A DNA stretch of 59,706 nucleotides, the filler included. It is 4 parts of 4 records of this genome, joined end to end, with 100 filler letters (N's around TTAATTAATTAA, not from the genome) between each part and the next. Parts side by side here need not be neighbours in the genome. Positions count along the whole stretch, not along the records: positions 52,196 to 59,706 come from DRR723986_8335; 3 more parts are not named here. One strand, given 5' to 3'. A program made the translations under genes and the position numbers. Below are positions 52,835 to 59,706 of this stretch, piece by piece. The notes beneath the pieces are model-generated. The model was given only the letters and a program-made list of their open reading frames with translations, was not told where the DNA came from and made no database searches. Numbering within the stretch: the first letter of the stretch is position 1; every line of letters begins with the position of its first letter.

Positions 52835-53773
52835 ATGCCCAACACCCTGCCCCCACTCACCGCCCTGCGTGCCTTTGATGCGGCCGCACGGCATATGTCC
52901 TTTGCCCGCGCGGCGGATGAGTTGAATGTGACCCCTGCCGCGCTGAGCTTTCAGATCAAGTCCCTTGAGGATCATCTGGGTGCGCCTGTCTTTCGCCGCC
53001 TCAATCGCGCGGTTGAACTCACAGATGCGGGTCGAGCATTGGCCCCGGACGCCCAAACCGCCTTTGAGACCCTGACGGCGGGATGGCGGGCCGCCTTGCG
53101 CACACAGGACCACCAAACCCTCACCGTGACCGCAGGCCCGGCCTTTACCGCCAAATGGCTGGCGCCGCGGCTTTATGAATTTGCCCAAAAACATCCCGAG
53201 GTCGAGCTTCGGTTTTCTGCCTCGCTCAGAATTATGGATTTTGCCCGTGACGATGTGGACGTCGCAATCCGGTTTGGCCAGGGGCCGGACGAAGGGCTGT
53301 ACTCCCTCCCTCTGGCGGCAGAATGGGTTGTTCCGGTGATGACGCCAGAGCTTGCCGCGCGATACCCCACAGCGCAAAGCCTGACTGACGCCGTGCTGAT
53401 CGTGGACAAATCCATTGATTTTGTACGCCCCGTGGTGAACTGGCAAACCTGGTTTGACGCGATGGGCGTTCCCATGACGCCCAATTACGGGCCGCAGTTT
53501 TCCCAAGCCGACCATGCCATTGACGCCGCCCTCGCCGGGGTTGGCGTGGCGCTGGGACGCCGTGCCTTGGTGATCAAGGATCTGGCGGACGGGCGGCTGG
53601 TTGCGCCCTACCCCTTTGTTCTGCCCACAGGCGGGCGGTTTCGCTTTATCTGTCCATTGGGCGCAGAAACCCGTCCGCAAGTGCAGGCCTTTCAAAACTG
53701 GATATTGCAAGAGATCGAAAAAACCGCCCATATCGCGGATGCAATGACCGCGCTGGAGCCGCCAAACCAATGA
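52835..53773 (+). CDS. gcvA: LysR regulator, GcvA-like
   Basis: LPPLTALRAFDAAARHMSF..AADELNVTPAALS.QIK.LE, DVAIRFG, GVGVALGR. Confidence 0.85.
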   Translation: MPNTLPPLTALRAFDAAARHMSFARAADELNVTPAALSFQIKSLEDHLGAPVFRRLNRAVELTDAGRALAPDAQTAFETLTAGWRAALRTQDHQTLTVTAGPAFTAKWLAPRLYEFAQKHPEVELRFSASLRIMDFARDDVDVAIRFGQGPDEGLYSLPLAAEWVVPVMTPELAARYPTAQSLTDAVLIVDKSIDFVRPVVNWQTWFDAMGVPMTPNYGPQFSQADHAIDAALAGVGVALGRRALVIKDLADGRLVAPYPFVLPTGGRFRFICPLGAETRPQVQAFQNWILQEIEKTAHIADAMTALEPPNQ

Positions 53774-54633
53774 CCCGCCCTCAAGCCACCGCAGTCGGCT
53801 TTGTCGCTGTTCTTCTTTGGGCGTTGCTGGCGCTGTTCACCGTCGGCTCTGCCCCGACACCGCCATTTCTGCTCAATACGCTGTGTTTTGCCATCGGTGG
53901 GACGCTGGGCCTGATCTGGGCTGCCGCCACGGGCGCGTTGCCGCGTCTGCGCGACGTTCCACTGCGCGTCTATGTTTTTGGCACGCTGGGGCTTTTTGGC
54001 TACCACGCGCTGTATTTTTCCGCCCTACGCCTTGCCCCTGCGGCTGAGGCGGGGCTCATCGCCTATCTGTGGCCCCTGCTGATCGTGATCTTTTCAGGCC
54101 TCCTGCCCGGAGAGACCTTGAAGAAAGGGCATATCATCGGCGCTTGTTTTGGCTTTGCCGGGGCTGCGTTGATCATCACGGGCGGCGGTGCGGGGTTTTC
54201 TGCCGCTTATGCGCCCGGCTATGCGCTGGCTGTGCTTTGTGCACTCACTTGGTCTGGTTATTCGGTTTTGTCGCGCAAGGTTGGCACAGCGCCCACCGCA
54301 TCTGTCGCGGTGTTTTGTCTGGCCAGTGCGGCCCTGTCCCTGCCCATGCATCTGTTGTTTGAGGAAACGCTACTGCCCCAAACAACGCTCGGCTGGGCTG
54401 CCATCTCGGGCTTGGGGCTTGGCCCCGTTGGTCTGGCGTTTTTTGTCTGGGATATCGGGGTGAAACAAGGGGATATTCAACTGCTTGGCACCAGCTCTTA
54501 CGCTGCGCCCCTGCTGTCCACCTTGGTGCTTGTGATCGCTGGTGTGGCCGCGCCCAGCTTTACCTTGCTCTGGGCGGCGGCCCTGATCACCGGCGGCGCC
54601 GCGATCGCAGCTCGCGCCAGCCTTCGTCAATAA
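53770..54633 (+). CDS. yddG: DMT/EamA transporter (YddG-like)
   Basis: AT.VG..AVLLW, EAGLIAYLWP, WDIGVK.GD, SYAAPLLST; multiple TM helices. Confidence 0.8.
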   Translation: MTRPQATAVGFVAVLLWALLALFTVGSAPTPPFLLNTLCFAIGGTLGLIWAAATGALPRLRDVPLRVYVFGTLGLFGYHALYFSALRLAPAAEAGLIAYLWPLLIVIFSGLLPGETLKKGHIIGACFGFAGAALIITGGGAGFSAAYAPGYALAVLCALTWSGYSVLSRKVGTAPTASVAVFCLASAALSLPMHLLFEETLLPQTTLGWAAISGLGLGPVGLAFFVWDIGVKQGDIQLLGTSSYAAPLLSTLVLVIAGVAAPSFTLLWAAALITGGAAIAARASLRQ

Positions 54634-54645
54634 ATTACAAAATCG

Positions 54646-54810
54646 TCAACTCGATAGCCGCGCAATTTCCTCTTTCAGTCGCAGCTTTTCCTTTTTCATC
54701 GTCGCAACTTCCAGATCATCAACTCCGGGGGCGCGTTGGGCGTTTTCGACAGCATCGCTCATCGCCTGGTGTTTCCGCTTCAGGGTCTCCAGATGTGCGT
54801 TAAGGGCCAT
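54646..54810 (-). CDS. DUF465/YdcH-family small protein, 54 aa (absent from ORF track)
   Basis: MALNAHLETLKRKHQAMSDAVENAQRAPGVDDLEVATMKKEKLRLKEEIARLSS; SD AAGGAGG. Confidence 0.88.
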   Translation of the reverse strand: MALNAHLETLKRKHQAMSDAVENAQRAPGVDDLEVATMKKEKLRLKEEIARLSS

Positions 54811-54920
54811 GTATTCCTCCTTGATGAATGTTTAGATCTTGAGTGGACCACACTCCCGCAAACATGTCACGCCGCCCTGCAGCAAATCTGTTACATCGGT
54901 AAATTTCTGCTTAACGGCAT

Positions 54921-55673
54921 TCAAAAGCGCAATGCAGCGCCGTTCCTTAAAACATCATCAATTTCAGGCGTATACCGCTTACCATCCTGGCCGTGATGCG
55001 CCCCTTCGTGCATGATCTTCGCCGCATGGAGACGAAACGCCGCACGGCCGTTTTTGCGGGCTCGTACGATCACCCTGTCGGGGTCGCGCCCCGCGCGGGC
55101 CGCCAGCGGCAAAACCTCAACTGACCCAAGATCATGCGGCATCGCCCGCAGCAGATCCGGCAGCCGCTCGACCCGGTAGATAAAATGCGCCTGCCCTTTG
55201 GGCGCCAGCCGCTTGGCGGCGGTTTTCACCCATTGCGCAAGCGGCGTGTCCTCGCCATGGGCGCTTTCCCGCGCCGGATCATCAGAGGCAACCGAGGCCG
55301 CGCGATCAAAATAGGGTGGATTGGCGAGCACATGGTCAAATTGCCGCTGCCGCAGGTGCAAAGGCATCTCGCGCAGGTCCGCCGTGACCACCTCAAGCCC
55401 ATCACCGCCGTTGCGCAGGGCCAGTTCCGCAAAGGCCGGCTCCCGCTCGACCCCGGTCAGCCGCAGCGCAGGCACCCGCGCCCCAAGGCAAAGAATCGCC
55501 GCGCCAACACCGCACCCCAATTCAAGCACCCGCTGTCCGGGCTCCGCCAGAACACTGGCGGCCAAAAGCACCGGATCAACGCCAGCACGGTATCCGTGAC
55601 GCGGCTGATAGAGATGCAGCAGCCCGCCCAGAAAGGCATCACACGTCAGTTCGTTGTCGCAAAATCCGGTCAC
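54921..55673 (-). CDS. tRNA1(Val) A37 N6-methyltransferase-like
   Basis: QPRHGYRAGVDPVLLA, LELGCGVG, ANPPYF. Confidence 0.85.
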   Translation of the reverse strand: MTGFCDNELTCDAFLGGLLHLYQPRHGYRAGVDPVLLAASVLAEPGQRVLELGCGVGAAILCLGARVPALRLTGVEREPAFAELALRNGGDGLEVVTADLREMPLHLRQRQFDHVLANPPYFDRAASVASDDPARESAHGEDTPLAQWVKTAAKRLAPKGQAHFIYRVERLPDLLRAMPHDLGSVEVLPLAARAGRDPDRVIVRARKNGRAAFRLHAAKIMHEGAHHGQDGKRYTPEIDDVLRNGAALRF

Positions 55674-55885
55674 AGACCCAGTGGGATGTCGTTGTCCCGC
55701 AGCACCTGCACCGCATCCTCGTGATCATTGGGATGCACCATCAACCGGCGCGGAAAGATACCGATGCCACCTTCCAGCACGCTCATGTTTACGTCCATTT
55801 CAAAGCAGTCTATATCCTCGCCCTGAAGAAGGGCCGTGGCAAAGGCGATGACCGTCATATCTGTGCTGCGCAAAAGTTCCTTCAT
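55670..55885 (-). CDS. DUF2007 family protein
   Basis: MKELLRS.D, MSVLEG.IG.FPRRLMV. Confidence 0.85.
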   Translation of the reverse strand: MKELLRSTDMTVIAFATALLQGEDIDCFEMDVNMSVLEGGIGIFPRRLMVHPNDHEDAVQVLRDNDIPLGL

Positions 55886-55941
55886 ACCAAAGATGTGGGA
55901 CAGGCAGACCGAATTGTCGAGCCTTGGGTGGGATCATATTC

Positions 55942-56940
55942 ATGAAAAACGGCAACGCATTGAAACCCCATGACCGCCTTGCGGCCTATCTGGCCGATGA
56001 TATGGCCGCGGTGGGGGATTTGATCCGTGAGCGGATGGCCTCGGAACACGCGCCGCGCATTCCCGAAGTGACTGCGCATTTGGTCGAGGCTGGTGGCAAA
56101 CGGCTGCGCCCGATGATGACCCTCGCCTCGGCGCAGATGTGTGGCTATGACGGGCCCTATCATGTGCATCTGGCCGCCACGGTTGAATTTATTCACACCG
56201 CAACCCTGCTGCACGATGACGTGGTGGACGAAAGCGCACAGCGGCGCGGGCGGCCCACGGCGAATCTGCTCTGGGACAACCAATCCTCTGTTCTGGTGGG
56301 GGATTATCTGTTTGCCCGCAGCTTTCAGTTGATGACCGAACCCGGTTCTATGCCAGTGATGCGCATCCTGTCCAATGCTGCCGCCACGATTGCCGAAGGC
56401 GAAGTGTTGCAGTTGACCGCCGCGCAGAACCTTGCAACGGGCGAAGACATTTACCTGCAGGTGGTGCGCGGCAAAACCGCCGCTTTGTTCTCTGCCGCAA
56501 TGGAAGTCGGCGGGGTGATTGCCGGGGCCGATGATGCCACTGTGAAGGCCCTGTTTGACTATGGCGATGCGCTTGGCATCGCCTTTCAGATTGTCGATGA
56601 CCTGCTAGATTATCGGGGCGAGCCGAACGCGACTGGTAAGAACATCGGGGATGATTTCCGCGAACGCAAACTGACGCTGCCGGTGATCAAAGCCGTGGCC
56701 AAAGCCGACGCCGAGGAACGCGCCTTTTGGGAGCGGACCATCGAAAAAGGCAAGCAGGAAGACGGTGATCTGGATCACGCCCTTACCCTGCTGGCCAAAC
56801 ATGACACCCTGAGCGCGACGCAGGCTGATGCGTTGGAGTGGGCCAGCAAAGCCAAGGCGGCGCTCGCCCCACTGCCCGATCACGATGTCAAAGAAATGTT
56901 GCTCGATCTGGCCGATTACGTGGTCAGCCGCATCAGCTAA
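55942..56940 (+). CDS. ispB: Long-chain polyprenyl diphosphate synthase (IspB/DdsA)
   Basis: GGKRLRP, LLHDDVVD (FARM), FQIVDDLLD (SARM). Confidence 0.92.
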   Translation: MKNGNALKPHDRLAAYLADDMAAVGDLIRERMASEHAPRIPEVTAHLVEAGGKRLRPMMTLASAQMCGYDGPYHVHLAATVEFIHTATLLHDDVVDESAQRRGRPTANLLWDNQSSVLVGDYLFARSFQLMTEPGSMPVMRILSNAAATIAEGEVLQLTAAQNLATGEDIYLQVVRGKTAALFSAAMEVGGVIAGADDATVKALFDYGDALGIAFQIVDDLLDYRGEPNATGKNIGDDFRERKLTLPVIKAVAKADAEERAFWERTIEKGKQEDGDLDHALTLLAKHDTLSATQADALEWASKAKAALAPLPDHDVKEMLLDLADYVVSRIS

Positions 56941-57739
56941 GCACGCAAGGACGCACCCACCACTCGGGCTGTGCAGCTGCAATGATTTGTGCCGCCTCTG
57001 CAGCATCTTGCGCTGTATCCATCAACGCAAAACAAGTCGCGCCAGACCCCGACATCCGCGCCAGGCGGCACTGCGGCAGGCCCTTGAGAGCGGTCAAGAC
57101 CGAAGTGATCACGGGCGCCACGGATTGTGCCGGGGCTTCAAGATCGTTGCGTTGGTCTTGCAAAAAAGCGATCGCATCCCCTGCCGCTGAGACATCCATG
57201 GGATCGGCAGAAATCTCAGGATTGTCTTTTTGTGTCAACGCTTTGAATACGTCTGGTGTCGCAATCTCCACCCCCGGATTGACCAGAACAGCATGCAGCG
57301 CGGGCCAGCCAGACAGCGGTGTCAGAACCTCGCCGATCCCCTGCATCCGCTGCGCTTTGGCCGCTTTGCAAACCGGCACATCCGCCCCCAGCGCCGCGCC
57401 GTCACCGGCATATCCGCAGTGGCGCAGCACCGCCGCCGCATCGGAAGATCCCCCTCCAATACCGGCGCCATGGGGCAGGTTTTTCTCCAACCGGATTGTG
57501 CCGTGAAACCCTGCCAGTTCCGCGGCCTGCCAAACCAGATTGCGCCTGTCCACAGGCACCCCAGCGGCAAATGGCCCGGTGACGGACATCGCCATGTCCT
57601 CGGCGGGGGAAAACCAAAGCCTGTCACCGACATCTGCAAACATCACAATGGAATCAAGCAGATGATACCCGTCACCCCGTTGGCCGGTCACATGCAGCGC
57701 AAGGTTGATCTTGGCCGGCGCGAATGCCTCAGATGTCAT
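56933..57739 (-). CDS. ispE: 4-diphosphocytidyl-2-C-methyl-D-erythritol kinase
   Basis: APAKINL.LHV, P.GAGIGGGSSDAA, LGADVP, MSGSG. Confidence 0.95.
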   Translation of the reverse strand: MTSEAFAPAKINLALHVTGQRGDGYHLLDSIVMFADVGDRLWFSPAEDMAMSVTGPFAAGVPVDRRNLVWQAAELAGFHGTIRLEKNLPHGAGIGGGSSDAAAVLRHCGYAGDGAALGADVPVCKAAKAQRMQGIGEVLTPLSGWPALHAVLVNPGVEIATPDVFKALTQKDNPEISADPMDVSAAGDAIAFLQDQRNDLEAPAQSVAPVITSVLTALKGLPQCRLARMSGSGATCFALMDTAQDAAEAAQIIAAAQPEWWVRPCVLS

Positions 57740-59447
57740 TGGCAACCTTGAGCGGGGGCGCGCCTTCTTCCTCCAGAACAACGTCAAGCCCAACCTCAAG
57801 CTTGCGCCGAATGCGGTCTGGATCGGCCTCTGTGTCGGTGTCGTCTTCGTCTATGAACGACAAGGCCCGGCTCCACTGAAACTCCGCCTCGCGGAAGCGG
57901 CCCACGGCCCAATAAACATCACCCAAGTGGTCATTCACGACCGGATCAATCGGGATCAGTTCAACCGCGCGTTCCATCTGTTCAACCGCCTCGTCATAGC
58001 GGCCTAGCCGGTAGAACACCCAGCCCAGCGAATCGACGATATAGCCACTGTCCGGGCTTGCCGCGACCGCCCGTTCGATCATATCCAGCGCCTCGTCCAG
58101 ATTGCGCTGCTGCTCCACCATCGAATAGCCGAGATAGTTCAACACTTGCGGCTGTTCGGGATTGATCGCCAAAGCGGCACGGAAGTCGGCCTCTGACGCG
58201 GCCTCATCCCCCATGCGTTCATAGGCAATGCCGCGAGAATAAAGCAGAACCCAGCGCAGCCGGGCTGTGTCTGACACACGTTCAATGGCACGGTCATAGG
58301 CCGCAATGGCACCTTTGAAATCATCCTGCCCGCGCAACACATCCCCCAATGTGGAATGCACAACCGCCAAATCCCCATGGCTGCGGGCCAATTGTTCCAG
58401 AACTTCAATGGCTTGATCCGCCTTACCGGACCGGCGCAGCGCATCTGCGCGGCCCAATTCAGCCGCGTGATAGGTCGGGCTGTCTGCGGGCACATCTTTG
58501 TACTCTTCGATCGCCAGATCCTGCTGCCCCAACCCTTCCAAAAGGCTGGCCGTCAGCAAAAGCGCATCCACATGATCGGGGCGCAAATAACGCGCCAGCC
58601 GTGTGTAGAGCAGAACGTAATAATCCCCCGCCGCCTCACTTTTTAGGACCGCAGCGAAGGTAAAGAACACCTCTGCGATGCCCGATTTCGCATCTCGGAC
58701 ATGGGTGAACGGCACGGGGTCTTTCGCATTGAGCGCGGCAATCAACACATCCAGCTCAGGGTCCGTGCTGCCACCAAAGCTGGCTTCGATCACTTGCAGG
58801 GCATCGCCGTGACGATCCAGTTGCGCCAGAATCTCCGCATGGGCCATCACGCCGCGGCGGGTTTGACCTGCGGCGCCGGCGATCTGATCACCAAAGATCT
58901 TTTCAGCCCCCTCGAAATCACCCACGCTCGCCAGCGCCAAGGCCTTGTGATACATCACAAACCCCTGCATGCCCGCCTCTTTGCTGAGCGTGTCAAAGGC
59001 GGCCATTGCAGCGCGTACATCGCCGGTGCCCATCAGCGCCCAAGCCTTGACCAAACCATCCACCCATGGGCCAATGCCGCTGCTGTCGTCTTCGCTGCTT
59101 AGGATCGCTTTGTAGTCTTCGACCTGCGCATGTCCGGCAGTCAACAACATCCGCGCGACCTGACTGCGTTGCTTTTTCGCTTCAAGCACGCGGGCCAGAG
59201 GCAAGGCGCGGTCAACCTCTCCCAACGACAGGTAGGACAATGCCGCGCTTTCCATCAATTCGACGTTCTGCGAATCCCGCGCCAAGGCTTGGGCATAATA
59301 TCGCGCGGCCTCTGAATAATCGCTGTTCACCGCCGCATGACGGGCCGCAAGATAGGAACCGGCAACGGATTGCGCCTGCACCGGCGCATTTGCCATTCCT
59401 GCCAGCGCCAGAACAGCGGCCATTCCCAAAGCTTTGCGCATCATCAC
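57729..59447 (-). CDS. Exported TPR protein
   Basis: Signal peptide, GSYLAARHA, LNYLGYS, DSLGWVFY, DHLGDVYW; upstream of ispE. Confidence 0.88.
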   Translation of the reverse strand: MMMRKALGMAAVLALAGMANAPVQAQSVAGSYLAARHAAVNSDYSEAARYYAQALARDSQNVELMESAALSYLSLGEVDRALPLARVLEAKKQRSQVARMLLTAGHAQVEDYKAILSSEDDSSGIGPWVDGLVKAWALMGTGDVRAAMAAFDTLSKEAGMQGFVMYHKALALASVGDFEGAEKIFGDQIAGAAGQTRRGVMAHAEILAQLDRHGDALQVIEASFGGSTDPELDVLIAALNAKDPVPFTHVRDAKSGIAEVFFTFAAVLKSEAAGDYYVLLYTRLARYLRPDHVDALLLTASLLEGLGQQDLAIEEYKDVPADSPTYHAAELGRADALRRSGKADQAIEVLEQLARSHGDLAVVHSTLGDVLRGQDDFKGAIAAYDRAIERVSDTARLRWVLLYSRGIAYERMGDEAASEADFRAALAINPEQPQVLNYLGYSMVEQQRNLDEALDMIERAVAASPDSGYIVDSLGWVFYRLGRYDEAVEQMERAVELIPIDPVVNDHLGDVYWAVGRFREAEFQWSRALSFIDEDDTDTEADPDRIRRKLEVGLDVVLEEEGAPPLKVANDI

Positions 59448-59556
59448 TGATCGTCCTCATCGCGTTTTTTCAAAGGCTATCAGATCAGCGGCCAAGCGCA
59501 ATGGTGGCAAAAGCAGCTCAAGGGGTTGTGAGGGCCTGTCGGCGGAACCCCGCAAC

Positions 59557-59583
59557 AAAAAAGGCGGGGTTGCCCCCGCCTTT
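59557..59583 (-). terminator. Terminator after ETF-QO
   Basis: AAGGCGGGG / CCCCGCCTT stem with T6 on the minus strand. Confidence 0.75.
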
Positions 59584-59606
59584 GGTTTGTCGCGCTGACC
59601 GGCTGA

Positions 59607-59705
59607 TCACATGTTGGGATAGTTCGGCCCATCGCCGCCTTGCGGCGTTGTCCAGGTGATGTTCTGGCTCGGGTCTTTGATGTCGCAGGTTTTGCAATGC
59701 ACGCA
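59607..59705 (-). CDS. ETF-ubiquinone oxidoreductase, C-terminal fragment
   Basis: [32 protein letters not shown]. Confidence 0.92.
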   Translation of the reverse strand, partial: CVHCKTCDIKDPSQNITWTTPQGGDGPNYPNM

Positions 59706-59706
59706 G

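Noticed and set aside
59546-59571. Alternative hairpin AACCCCGC/GCGGGGTT overlapping the ETF-QO terminator
   Set aside because: On the transcribed minus strand the competing arm lies after the U-tract, so it cannot act as an antiterminator

Overview
This window is not one genome region. It is four unrelated contigs joined by 100-bp N/TTAATTAATTAA/N spacers (13358-13457, 26159-26258, 52096-52195); taxonomic labels are inferred from protein similarity and gene order. (1) 1-13357: an alphaproteobacterial surface-polysaccharide cluster with a GT4 glycosyltransferase, a WbpG/HisH/HisF amidotransferase trio, manC-manB and a weeE-weeJ-like block. Its last gene, an aminotransferase, is cut by a possible IS end. 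(2) 13458-26158: a Marinobacter-like gammaproteobacterial core region (gdhB, can, rsmC, rlmG, riboflavin synthase, psrA with autoregulatory boxes, L,D-transpeptidase, MscS, MTI phosphorylase, CsiV-like, end of mfd). It also holds an unannotated 57-aa ORF and a probable minus-strand sRNA. (3) 26259-52095: a Pirellulaceae-like planctomycete contig (ArsC, 12-heme cytochrome, PhzF, BlaI/M56-TPR pair, Dcp, sulfatase, parC-parE, two Tyr-rich secreted proteins, ilvE, propeller lipoprotein, DUF1553 protein, REP-like repeats). (4) 52196-59706: a Roseobacter-group core region (phbB, gcvA-like LysR, yddG, ispB, ispE, TPR protein, end of ETF-QO). The most novel signal is a ~200-nt, extensively base-paired three-way-junction RNA candidate at 32975-33175. 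It lies directly after a TACA-N2-TGTA box matching the one in front of the neighbouring blaI, suggesting a BlaI/M56-TPR-controlled ncRNA system. All analysis was by eye; no searches or folding programs were run.
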